Below are positions 30,334 through 39,612 of a stretch of 64,000 nt of DNA, piece after piece; within the stretch, counting starts at the first letter, position 1, and every line of letters starts with the position of its first letter. The position numbers were made by a program, and so were the translations under genes. Origin of the DNA: a virus (lineage: Duplodnaviria; Caudoviricetes); IMG/VR virus record IMGVR_UViG_3300009161_003648, positions 1-64,000 of that record, one strand, 5' to 3'. Under the pieces are notes generated by a model. That model worked only from the letters and a program-made list of their open reading frames with translations. It did no database searches and had not been told where the DNA came from.

Positions 30334-32130
30334 TTAATTATTTATATATTCTAATGTTTGTTGGTCAGTAGCATAAAGACTCCAATGCACTTTATAATTA
30401 ACCCCAGACCAATAAGATTCTGGACTTTTAACAGGCTGTATAACAGCATCTGAAATAAAACCATATACATTACCAATATTGCCGTTATCCAAGACATCAG
30501 TACCCTGCCATTTTGTTTTTGTTGTATACCCAGAATAATAGGCAACCCAAATAAATTCACCAGTGTTTGGTGTATTATAAGGTACCGATATCGTACCAGA
30601 CGCTGATAATAAAACTTTATTTGCCGTACCAGCGGATATGGTATCTGCAATACTCTGAGCTGTTGGTAATGTATCTGACTTACCCCAGAAATATGGGTAT
30701 ATACCAGTTATAGTAAATGTTGTTGAAGAAAAATTACTACTAGCCGCTTGTGGTGCGTTAACAGAACGCACAGCTGGTGTTCTTGTATCGACAACCCCCT
30801 TGTTATTATTTTTAGAAGACCCAGAAGCATAATTACCATCACCGTTATAAGTTGTTGTCGATGAATTACCCACTACAGGTGCTGGTATAGCATACGATTC
30901 GGAATATGACGGTGTCATTGTATATCTAAAATTAGGGTTATTAGGATTTGGATATGTAAACTGATTTGGGATATTTGGTTCTTGTGATACAGTAAATGTT
31001 GTATCGGTAAACAATGAAGAACCATTCCTTAACACCCTTAATTGTAAAAAAGCACCAGCATCATTTTTAATACCAAAAACACTAATATTCGGTGAATAAG
31101 TCAAACCAACCTCTAACGTTTGTGTTGATGGTCCCGTCATTGTAATTGTTGGGATTGTATATGTTGGATTAGCAACAGGGAATAAAATATCGTCAAACAA
31201 CTGAACCAATGTTCTACCAGTCAATGAAGAAACCACTGTACCAGCAGACAAACCACCAACAGTTGTGTTCATTGCTAATGTTCCATCTAAAGTAGTATTA
31301 TAAAGACTAAATAAACTATTACCATTTCTACCTAAACCAGTATTTGCTGATACTGTAATACCAACATTTGAAAGATTTGACCCATCACCATAATATGTTG
31401 ACGCACTAACAGTTCTTGCCGATATTGTATTTGCTGTTAATGAATTAATATTAACAGTAGTTGCTGAAATTAAATTAGAACTAATTGAACTTGCATTTAA
31501 AGTATTAAATGTTGCACCACTATTAACGATTAAATTACCATTAATAGTTAATCCAGTCATTGAATTTATAATCGATGTAAATGTTCGACCGCTAGAATCA
31601 TTAATCGTTAATGTGTTTGCTGAAGGTGTATAATTAAAATTAGTTATAACTGTATCCGTATAACCACTTGTAAAACCACTAACATTAAATGTACCACCGC
31701 TATTATCAATAAATGTTACAACACCAGTATTTTTATTGTATGTACCACCAGTTACCTTCATCTCTGTAGCTAATATTGCTAAAGATTGGGTTGTTGACCA
31801 ATTATCATTTCTACTAACTGTTAAATTATAATGAGCAACATTAAATGTAAGTCCTGTTACATAAATGTCATCAGATGGTTTAAAAAAACCAGTTACATTA
31901 AATGTGCCACCACTTACATTAACAAAAGTAATAATACCAGTAGTATTATTATATGTACCACCAGTTATTACGGTATTAACATTTAAACCGTTTGTAATAA
32001 AATTTGTTAAACCACTTAATGCTACTTTTTTTGTATCACCACCATTAACAATAGGCATAACATCATTATTAGTTAACGATGTGGCTAATGAAAATTGACT
32101 AATTTTTTTATTTTGACCTTGTACTGGCAT
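30334..32130 (-). CDS. Ser/Thr-rich fibre/structural protein
   Basis: N-terminal KKISQF...L...DVMPIV..G.TKK module, plus TGGTY...GGTFNVxGF modules shared with neighbouring fibres. Confidence 0.7.
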   Translation of the reverse strand: MPVQGQNKKISQFSLATSLTNNDVMPIVNGGDTKKVALSGLTNFITNGLNVNTVITGGTYNNTTGIITFVNVSGGTFNVTGFFKPSDDIYVTGLTFNVAHYNLTVSRNDNWSTTQSLAILATEMKVTGGTYNKNTGVVTFIDNSGGTFNVSGFTSGYTDTVITNFNYTPSANTLTINDSSGRTFTSIINSMTGLTINGNLIVNSGATFNTLNASSISSNLISATTVNINSLTANTISARTVSASTYYGDGSNLSNVGITVSANTGLGRNGNSLFSLYNTTLDGTLAMNTTVGGLSAGTVVSSLTGRTLVQLFDDILFPVANPTYTIPTITMTGPSTQTLEVGLTYSPNISVFGIKNDAGAFLQLRVLRNGSSLFTDTTFTVSQEPNIPNQFTYPNPNNPNFRYTMTPSYSESYAIPAPVVGNSSTTTYNGDGNYASGSSKNNNKGVVDTRTPAVRSVNAPQAASSNFSSTTFTITGIYPYFWGKSDTLPTAQSIADTISAGTANKVLLSASGTISVPYNTPNTGEFIWVAYYSGYTTKTKWQGTDVLDNGNIGNVYGFISDAVIQPVKSPESYWSGVNYKVHWSLYATDQQTLEYINN

Positions 32131-32141
32131 CTTTTTTTAAT

Positions 32142-33953
32142 TTATTCTTGTTCTATAGCGAAATAATTTTCTTGTAAAATCCAATAACCATTCTCTTGAA
32201 GAATCAAATTAGCATTTAGTGGATAATACCTAGGTACTTCGTTTATATAAATATTCTGTATATCATTAAAATATAAATCACAGATATTAAATTTAAATTG
32301 GGATATCGCACCAACAAAGGTTCCAGCAAAATTTTCTTGTATTGGTAAACCTAAGTCTTTTTCGTCCCTACCATCAAACGTTTGTGTTTCAATTAATCCC
32401 TGAGAACCCCCACCTAAACTAATGTTAAATGGCACACCAACTTGCTTTTCCATATGCTCTTCAAGTCTTCTTGCGATAAATTCGCTAAAATTATTAACAG
32501 TAAACTTAAGTCTACCGTTAATATAGAACATCAACTTACCAGTTCTTGGTTTTTTATATTTAAAATCACAAGCATCATAATATTCATCCATTGTATATCT
32601 TATGATAACACTTGTCCATTGATTATCTGGTACCATTCCGCTTGATGAATAACCTTCTTGAACGGTTATACCACTAACATAAGTTGTTCCAGAACATTGG
32701 CCAGTCACACTTAAAAGCCTGTAACCAATACTACCATCATCTTTAATTCTAAAACCTAAAGCGTTATCTAATATATCTAATTTATAATCTAAGTTATCAA
32801 ATTCTATTGATTCATTAAAACCAGAAAAACTACAAACAGTCTGATTACCAAAACCACTAGGGTTTCTAGCACCACAAGCATAACATCTTGTTGAGCCACT
32901 ACCAGCTCTACCATATACTAAAAATGGGTTTTCAGTATTAGATATTACAGTTTTTGGCGTTGTAACAACTAATGGAGCGCCAGAATAAGTACAAACTGTC
33001 TTATCACCAAAACCACTAGGATGCGCTGCACCACAGGAATGACATCTTCTTCTACCACTACCAGCCCTACCATATATTAAAAATGGGTTTGTTATATATT
33101 CAGTGTTAACTTGGTCAGGATATAGTGATATTATATCACCACTTGCACCAGTAATAAAAATATCGTTTTCTTTTGGTATTGTACACCAATCACTTAAGGT
33201 ATCAGTACAACCGACAGGAACCGTACAAGCGCTAGTACAACCAGTATCAGCACCTTCAAATAAATTCCAAAATTTATTTTCAGCTCTGGTACCCATATAA
33301 AAGAAAAATCCTTTATTGCTTGGGTATGTTTCGTTTAATATTGTACCTGTATATCCAGTACATTCATCTTCTTGTCTTTTTAACCAAAATTGCGCTACCC
33401 AAGCCTTATTAACTCTATTTGGTAAAACTTGGTAAGACGAACCATCGATTTTATAATAACCTTGATAAAAACCACCACATAATTGTGCATAATCACCACT
33501 AGCGTCGTTTAATATATCGATTGGGTATATATATTCATCAGTTGTTCCTGTGACTCTATTAAGATGTAATCTACTATCACCAGAAGGAATGATTAATGTT
33601 GTACCCGTTAATGCTGATAAAAGAGCTTGATTTGTTGGGTCTAATGGATTCTTATTAAAAGTAACTAAGCCATTGTCAATACCTGTAAGACCTATTGTAC
33701 TAAATGTATATCCAGTATTTGTTGCCCCTGTCCAATGATATAGGCTTGAAATCGTATTTGCTGATGTTGAACCTGAAGAATATATTGCAGGTTCATTAAA
33801 ATCAAACCAAACAACAGCACATTCACCAGTTATGGGAATAACAGGTATTAATGATTGATTATCATCGTCATTTGCTAGATAAAAATCCCAATAATCGCTA
33901 TTAGATAATCTTAAATCTAGCTTTTTATACTTATAGTTTTTTATATTTCCCAT
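32142..33953 (-). CDS. Structural protein with probable LamG/ConA-like beta-sandwich regions
   Basis: 603 aa. W....FWL and WTSVIIRY...LMFYINGRL are LamG-like; duplicated YGRAGSG..RCxxCG..PSGFG.xTVC motif. Confidence 0.5.
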   Translation of the reverse strand: MGNIKNYKYKKLDLRLSNSDYWDFYLANDDDNQSLIPVIPITGECAVVWFDFNEPAIYSSGSTSANTISSLYHWTGATNTGYTFSTIGLTGIDNGLVTFNKNPLDPTNQALLSALTGTTLIIPSGDSRLHLNRVTGTTDEYIYPIDILNDASGDYAQLCGGFYQGYYKIDGSSYQVLPNRVNKAWVAQFWLKRQEDECTGYTGTILNETYPSNKGFFFYMGTRAENKFWNLFEGADTGCTSACTVPVGCTDTLSDWCTIPKENDIFITGASGDIISLYPDQVNTEYITNPFLIYGRAGSGRRRCHSCGAAHPSGFGDKTVCTYSGAPLVVTTPKTVISNTENPFLVYGRAGSGSTRCYACGARNPSGFGNQTVCSFSGFNESIEFDNLDYKLDILDNALGFRIKDDGSIGYRLLSVTGQCSGTTYVSGITVQEGYSSSGMVPDNQWTSVIIRYTMDEYYDACDFKYKKPRTGKLMFYINGRLKFTVNNFSEFIARRLEEHMEKQVGVPFNISLGGGSQGLIETQTFDGRDEKDLGLPIQENFAGTFVGAISQFKFNICDLYFNDIQNIYINEVPRYYPLNANLILQENGYWILQENYFAIEQE

Positions 33954-34018
33954 TATAATATATAAATATCAATTTTTTATTTAGCCTTCAATTCTTTTAT
34001 TTATATTACCATTATATA

Positions 34019-35218
34019 TTAAAATGATTCTAAATTTATTCTTTTCCAACCATTTTCTGTTTTTAAATACAGATAATTCTCATCTCTTGTAAGGTTACCT
34101 AAACTACCTGATAAATCTTGTGATGATATTGGTGTAAAAATTGGGATAATTAAACCATTTGGTTTTAGATTTGTATTTGTTGTCCAATCACCGTTTTCAT
34201 CGGTCTCTAAAAATGCGTTTTGATTTTCAGATATTGCGTGTAAAACAATAATACCACCACCTATTGATGTTTGGTGATTACCATTATAATTTAATTCAAT
34301 ATTATTATCTTCAGCAACAACAGTTTGTGTGTTTAAACTTTCTCTGTTCACATTTATTGTAACATCACCATTTACCAATTCTTTTATTGCCTCAACCAAT
34401 AACGCTGTAACATCTTTATAATGAACACTCATGTATTTACCATCATAATGTGTTAATTCTGGAACAACCTCATTTACCTCCTGTGCAATAAAACCTATTT
34501 TTGTTGCGTCTCCACCACTATTTCTATCTTTCCAATTAAATGTTACACCTCTAAGATTTAAAACTTTAGTTAATGCATCATCAATATTATTGATATTTTC
34601 TTTTAGGTTGATATCCGATGCGTTATTTACCAAAAAACCGTTATTATCAATACCAACGTCACGTGTGCCTGGTCCTGCACCAAGATTTGTTATTATCATT
34701 CTTTCAGTTCTAGTAATACCAGAAACGTCAACCCAAATTGTTCTACCTGTATAATCTAATGTACCAGCACTTAAATAAGTTAAAAGCGATGTTGTTACGG
34801 TACCAGTAAAAACACCAGCTGACGGACTAACACAAATTTGTGGGGTGATATCAAAACTAACACCTGAGTAATTTAAATAATAACTGTTTCCATCGGTTGA
34901 CCCACTTGTATTACCTGTATATACTTGACCTGTATTTTGTGTTAAACCACTATTTGTACTTGTTATTGCCGATATACGCGAGTTAGCAATATTCATTTTT
35001 GTATTATACCAAGTAAAAACTGTAACGCCAGTATTACCTGAAAAAGTACTAAGAACACCAGATACTGTTGAAGTAACAGCTGTTGTTGTTAAATCTGGGC
35101 CTGTAGTTAAAGAGCTAAAAGTAACGCCAAACGCTGTTCCACCAGATAAAACACTAAATGTTTCAGGTTGTTGTTTTACTTGCCTTGTCGAAAAGTCTAA
35201 TTTTGTTCTAAATTCCAT
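34019..35218 (-). CDS. Tail fibre protein with peptidase S74 intramolecular chaperone domain
   Basis: SDINLKENI...ALTKVLNLRGVTFNWK...IGFIAQEV..VVPEL...V.Y....ALLVEAIKEL. Confidence 0.85.
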   Translation of the reverse strand: MEFRTKLDFSTRQVKQQPETFSVLSGGTAFGVTFSSLTTGPDLTTTAVTSTVSGVLSTFSGNTGVTVFTWYNTKMNIANSRISAITSTNSGLTQNTGQVYTGNTSGSTDGNSYYLNYSGVSFDITPQICVSPSAGVFTGTVTTSLLTYLSAGTLDYTGRTIWVDVSGITRTERMIITNLGAGPGTRDVGIDNNGFLVNNASDINLKENINNIDDALTKVLNLRGVTFNWKDRNSGGDATKIGFIAQEVNEVVPELTHYDGKYMSVHYKDVTALLVEAIKELVNGDVTINVNRESLNTQTVVAEDNNIELNYNGNHQTSIGGGIIVLHAISENQNAFLETDENGDWTTNTNLKPNGLIIPIFTPISSQDLSGSLGNLTRDENYLYLKTENGWKRINLESF

Positions 35219-35227
35219 TTTTATTGG

Positions 35228-35271
35228 TTTTATAATAAATATTCTACGTTTCTAATATATTTATTATAAAA
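35228..35271. promoter_or_regulatory. Back-to-back putative late promoters (15-bp inverted repeat ATATTTATTATAAAA)
   Basis: Identical 15-mer on opposite strands (35228-35242 and 35257-35271). The ATATTTAT core of each lies 16 nt upstream of one of the two divergent start codons. Confidence 0.7.
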
Positions 35272-35280
35272 GAATTATTT

Positions 35281-35757
35281 ATGCCTATTATTAAAAAACA
35301 TGAATTAGAAGAGCTTGTTGGTAGTGATGGTACTGTTATTGGGGGTGATAGAAATGTTACAAGTAATTCAGAAATTGAAACAGGGCCAGTACAAAAACCA
35401 TGGAATGACAATTCTGATTATGAAAAAGGTATGTCAACAACTACTGATAGAGCAACTAGATATAGACAAAATATTCCTTGGTTTGCAGTTTATAGCTATC
35501 GTAGCTCAAGTGGTCGTGGTTTACCAATAAATGAAACAAATAAAACCAAAAATATCAAAAAAAAGAGTGAAATTGAAAAAGATATCACAGAAGATTTAGT
35601 TAAAAAATCAAAAAGAGACCACGATATGATGGAAAAAAATTTTGATACTAAGGTTGAAAAAATGGTTGATACAATAGAAGATATTGATTTAAGTAAAGAA
35701 CAGCTTAATAAAATAAAAACTGCAATTATTAATAAATTAAAAGGAACTAATGCCTAA
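35281..35757 (+). CDS. Hypothetical protein
   Basis: 158-aa ORF downstream of an ATATTTAT motif; overlaps the next ORF. Confidence 0.7.
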   Translation: MPIIKKHELEELVGSDGTVIGGDRNVTSNSEIETGPVQKPWNDNSDYEKGMSTTTDRATRYRQNIPWFAVYSYRSSSGRGLPINETNKTKNIKKKSEIEKDITEDLVKKSKRDHDMMEKNFDTKVEKMVDTIEDIDLSKEQLNKIKTAIINKLKGTNA

Positions 35758-36202
35758 TTCTGAATTAAAAGATAAGATATATAACGTACCTGCCCAACAT
35801 CAAAATTTTTTGGGTCAGACAATATCATATTATAATCTTAAAATGACAAAAAGCAGATTAAGTAAAGCCAAAAAAGAAAAAGATTTAGCAGAATTTAATA
35901 GAAAAGGTGGTGAAAACGTATTACAATGGATTGAAAATACATTAAAAACTGACCGTGACGCTATTTATGGTAAGAAAAAAACTGGTATGAATGCTGGAAG
36001 AGAAAACGAGTTTATAAAAAACCACGAAAAAGATAAAAGCGCTAACCCAACAAGAGTAGGTGGAGTACCAAAAATAACAAAGGGTAGTGTATTTAGAAAA
36101 ATAATGACAAATAAAGAAGTTTATAATGAATCCATTAATAAAGAAATTAATGAAATTTTATATTTAATGGAATATATGAATAACAACAAAAAAAATATAT
36201 AA
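35750..36202 (+). CDS. Hypothetical basic protein
   Basis: 150-aa Lys-rich ORF with C-terminal ESINKEINEILYLMEY. Confidence 0.7.
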   Translation: MPNSELKDKIYNVPAQHQNFLGQTISYYNLKMTKSRLSKAKKEKDLAEFNRKGGENVLQWIENTLKTDRDAIYGKKKTGMNAGRENEFIKNHEKDKSANPTRVGGVPKITKGSVFRKIMTNKEVYNESINKEINEILYLMEYMNNNKKNI

Positions 36203-36205
36203 CTT

Positions 36206-36619
36206 ATGCCAAGTAATTACATCCCAAGACCCGTTCCAGGCCAAAACGTTGGAGGTCAATCCGATATGGAATACGCCGCAATTATTCAAAGAAATACTTT
36301 GATTCCTATTAACACATATAATAGTTACGCTTCTGCGAATCAATATGGTCTTACACATACTAGAGCTTTAACTGACACACAAACACCAAATGCTGGTAGA
36401 GGCACTGGTGTGTTTTTAGATATTGAAAACTACGGCGCTGGTTTAGAGTGGGACACATTAGGTAACCCACAACCAGGCAGCATCGTAGGTGCTGGCGCTG
36501 GTAGGTTACCGTCATTAACATACAATAACGCAACTTGGGGTATGGGGCCAGTCGGATTAGGTATGACAAATTATACACCACCAGACACAGCATTAAATGT
36601 TGGTCAAGTAACAATTTAA
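36206..36619 (+). CDS. Hypothetical protein
   Basis: 137-aa ORF in the same operon. Confidence 0.7.
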   Translation: MPSNYIPRPVPGQNVGGQSDMEYAAIIQRNTLIPINTYNSYASANQYGLTHTRALTDTQTPNAGRGTGVFLDIENYGAGLEWDTLGNPQPGSIVGAGAGRLPSLTYNNATWGMGPVGLGMTNYTPPDTALNVGQVTI

Positions 36620-36620
36620 T

Positions 36621-37049
36621 ATGAAACTTTACAATTTATTTGAAGAGATTATATTAGAAGAGAAAAGGTTATTAACTGAAAATGTTAGTGACCAAGAAAT
36701 AAATGATGCTATTAAGGGAAAATACAACATAAATATACTTTATGATGATTATCCAGATGCAGTGCCATCAGTTGCGCCTAGTAAAAGATATATACAAGTA
36801 TATAATTTTGCTGAAACAAAAGCTGGTAACAAAGCAATTAGAGCATTTCAAATTTTTGGTGGTTCAAAAACGACACCAAAACAAGGTGCGTGGAAAATAT
36901 TTAGAATAGATAGGATTCGTGGTTGGTTCCCAACAAATATGGCATTTTACAAACCAGTTTCCGATTTAGACCAAAACATTCCAACGTACAATAAAAATGG
37001 TGATAGAGCAATGTCACGTGTTATGAATAAAGTAGATTTTAATAAATAA
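36621..37049 (+). CDS. Stand-alone WYL-like domain protein
   Basis: KRYIQVY...KAGNKAIRAFQ..G.S...WKIFRIDRI matches the WYL R..EP...R.FR.DRI pattern. Confidence 0.6.
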   Translation: MKLYNLFEEIILEEKRLLTENVSDQEINDAIKGKYNINILYDDYPDAVPSVAPSKRYIQVYNFAETKAGNKAIRAFQIFGGSKTTPKQGAWKIFRIDRIRGWFPTNMAFYKPVSDLDQNIPTYNKNGDRAMSRVMNKVDFNK

Positions 37050-37054
37050 TTTTT

Positions 37055-37627
37055 ATGGATACACCACAACCAGTAGATTTAAATAAATTAAAAAACATTC
37101 TTGGAAATGCCAAGGCTGTAATGAATAAGGTTGAAAACAATAGTTTTAAAACGGGAAATATTGATGGAAGAGCATTAACAGAAGAAGGTGTTGCTGAATT
37201 ACAATCAGAAGGTGTTAGACCAGCATCTACATCACCAATGACGTATAATGAAGAAATGATTAGAAATTCTAAACTACCTGCAGCAATTAAAAAAGCAATG
37301 TTAGAAAATCCAATTCCACAATTATCTGGGCCAAGTCATACATTTAATATAAACGATGTATCTGATTTAATTGACGAAAAACCAATGTCATACCCTAAGA
37401 CACCTAAAACAAAAGCTGTCAACGAAACATATAGCAATAATAAATCAGATACAATTACCGTAAGCAAATCCGAATTAAAAGAAATGGTTAACGATTTAGT
37501 TAATGAAAAATTATTAGAATTTTTTGTTAAAAACCATAACAAATCAATTACCGAAGATACTGTAAAAAGAACAATCACAACTTTAATAAAAGAGGGTAAA
37601 ATACAACAAAAGAAAAGAACGTTATAA
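37055..37627 (+). CDS. Hypothetical protein
   Basis: 190-aa ORF ending just before a terminator. Confidence 0.7.
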   Translation: MDTPQPVDLNKLKNILGNAKAVMNKVENNSFKTGNIDGRALTEEGVAELQSEGVRPASTSPMTYNEEMIRNSKLPAAIKKAMLENPIPQLSGPSHTFNINDVSDLIDEKPMSYPKTPKTKAVNETYSNNKSDTITVSKSELKEMVNDLVNEKLLEFFVKNHNKSITEDTVKRTITTLIKEGKIQQKKRTL

Positions 37628-37648
37628 TACTAAAAAAAATATTTTATT

Positions 37649-37675
37649 AAAAGGGGATTAATTTCCCCTTTTTTT
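37649..37675 (+). terminator. Intrinsic terminator
   Basis: AAAAGGGGA-ttaatt-TCCCCTTTT followed by more T. Confidence 0.85.
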
Positions 37676-37733
37676 ATTGACTAATATTACATATTCATTA
37701 TAATTGACTCATAATTACATTTAAAAAATTAAT

Positions 37734-38999
37734 ATGAGTAAAATTAAAGTCTTGGTAGTACCATCTGACCGTACTGGTGTTGGATACTTTAGAAGCACAA
37801 AACCACACATTGCGTTAGAAGAAAAATACCCAAATGAATTTCACGTAGATATTGAATACGAACCAGAGTTGAACAACGACGAATGGTTAAAACAATACGA
37901 TATAATACATTATCATAGAACCTTAGGCGCTTACGAACAACAAGAAAGCTTGTTGAATAAATTAGATAATTTAGGTATCGTAACAATAATGGACTTAGAT
38001 GATTATTGGTCACCTGGTCAACATCATCCAGCTTTTTTATTAATTAAAAATAGTGGTTTAGATAAAATGATTCTAAATAATATTAGAATTGCTAAGAACG
38101 TAACAACAACAACAAGTATATTTGCTGAAGAAATTGGAAAACATAATAAAAACGTATTTGTTTTACCAAATGCTATTGACCCAAATGAAAAACAATATAC
38201 ACCAACACCAGAACCAAGTGAAAGATTAAGAATTGGATGGTTAGGTGGTTCATCACACTTAAAAGATTTAGAAATTTTAAAAGGTATTGTTGGTAGATTA
38301 CATAATGACGGACTATTAGAAAAAGTTCAATTTGTTTTGTGTGGTTATGATTTAAGAGGGACAATGACAATTATCGATGAAAAAACTGGACAACAAACAC
38401 AAAGACCAATCAAACCAACAGAAAGCGTTTGGTACCATTACGAAAGAATTTTCACAGAAGATTATACAACAATTAGTCCAGAATATAAAGAATTTTTATT
38501 AAAATTCAAAAATGAGGAATATCCCAATGTTGCAAATGAACCATATAGAAGAGTTTGGACAAAACCAATTAGTACATACGCTTCAAACTATAATTTATTT
38601 GATATATCATTAGCGCCAATTGAAGAAAATATCTTTAACAAGGTTAAGAGTCAACTTAAAGTTATTGAAGCTGGGTTTCATAAAAAAGCCCTAATTGCAC
38701 AAGATTTCGGACCATATCAGATAGATATTAAAAATGCGCACCAATTTGGTGGTAGCTGGGATACTAATGGTAATGGTATTTTAATTGATACAAATAAAAA
38801 CCATAAAGATTGGTATAAATTTATTAAAAAATTAATTGTTGAGCCAGAACTAGTTAAACAATTAAGTGAAAACTTACACAACACAGTTAAAAATTTATAT
38901 TCTGTACAAGCGGTTAGTGACAGCAGACGTGATTTATATAAAAAATTAAAATCACAAATGGATGAAAAACAATCAGCTAAAAAAATGGTTTTAAATTAG
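37734..38999 (+). CDS. Glycosyltransferase, GT-B fold (GT4-like)
   Basis: GVGYFR, MDLDD, VLPNAID, IGWLGGSSHLKDL and DISLAP...FN..KSQLK..EAG. Confidence 0.85.
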   Translation: MSKIKVLVVPSDRTGVGYFRSTKPHIALEEKYPNEFHVDIEYEPELNNDEWLKQYDIIHYHRTLGAYEQQESLLNKLDNLGIVTIMDLDDYWSPGQHHPAFLLIKNSGLDKMILNNIRIAKNVTTTTSIFAEEIGKHNKNVFVLPNAIDPNEKQYTPTPEPSERLRIGWLGGSSHLKDLEILKGIVGRLHNDGLLEKVQFVLCGYDLRGTMTIIDEKTGQQTQRPIKPTESVWYHYERIFTEDYTTISPEYKEFLLKFKNEEYPNVANEPYRRVWTKPISTYASNYNLFDISLAPIEENIFNKVKSQLKVIEAGFHKKALIAQDFGPYQIDIKNAHQFGGSWDTNGNGILIDTNKNHKDWYKFIKKLIVEPELVKQLSENLHNTVKNLYSVQAVSDSRRDLYKKLKSQMDEKQSAKKMVLN

Positions 39000-39019
39000 A
39001 CTTTTTCATTTGTTTTTGG

Positions 39020-39035
39020 TATATTTGTAAAAAAT
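39020..39035 (+). promoter_or_regulatory. Bacteroidota -7 element (TATATTTG) upstream of the nucleotide-metabolism genes
   Basis: TATATTTGTAAAAAAT-ATG shares its TTTGTAAAAA continuation with the polB promoter; the -33 position reads TTAG (imperfect). Confidence 0.6.
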
Positions 39036-39611
39036 ATGATTATGATTAAACAAGAACAAATTGTAAAAAACACTAAAAAGTATTTCCAAACGGCTCAAGA
39101 ACAAGGGTTTATGACTGAAGAGTTGATGTCTTTTTTAGGTGAAACTTTTATTAAAGCGCCTGCATCAACTATGGCCGATTTAAATAACGCATTTGAAGGT
39201 GGTTTAATTGACCATCTTTTGCGTGTAACAAAATATGCTGTTTCAATAAATGAAACTATCCTACCAGAAAATCTTAGATTACCAAAAAAAGATATTATTA
39301 AAGTTTGCTTTTTACACCAAATTGGTAAAGCGCATCTTTATGTCCCATGCACATCCGAATGGCATATTAAAAATCAAGGTAAATTATACGAATTTAATGA
39401 TGGGCTAACATCTATGCGTGTTGGTGAACGTTCAGCTCATTACGTATTAAGTAATGGTGTTACACTCACTGAAGAAGAATACCAAGCAATTATAAATTTT
39501 GATAAGGACGATAGTGATAAACAAGCAAAATATCACAATTCATTATTGGGTGACCTATTAAAAATGGCTAACCAATTAGCAATCATTGAAGAAAAAAATC
39601 AAAAAAACTAA
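39036..39611 (+). CDS. HD-domain-like protein (HD replaced by HQ)
   Basis: GGLIDHLLRV...FLHQIGK...GLL..LLKMAN follows the HD-superfamily layout. Confidence 0.65.
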   Translation: MIMIKQEQIVKNTKKYFQTAQEQGFMTEELMSFLGETFIKAPASTMADLNNAFEGGLIDHLLRVTKYAVSINETILPENLRLPKKDIIKVCFLHQIGKAHLYVPCTSEWHIKNQGKLYEFNDGLTSMRVGERSAHYVLSNGVTLTEEEYQAIINFDKDDSDKQAKYHNSLLGDLLKMANQLAIIEEKNQKN

Positions 39612-39612
39612 T

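Noticed and set aside
37677-37704. E. coli-type promoter TTGACT-N16-TATAAT before the first GT
   Set aside because: It is plausible but can arise by chance in very AT-rich DNA, and it conflicts with the Bacteroidota-type promoters elsewhere. Not called as a feature.
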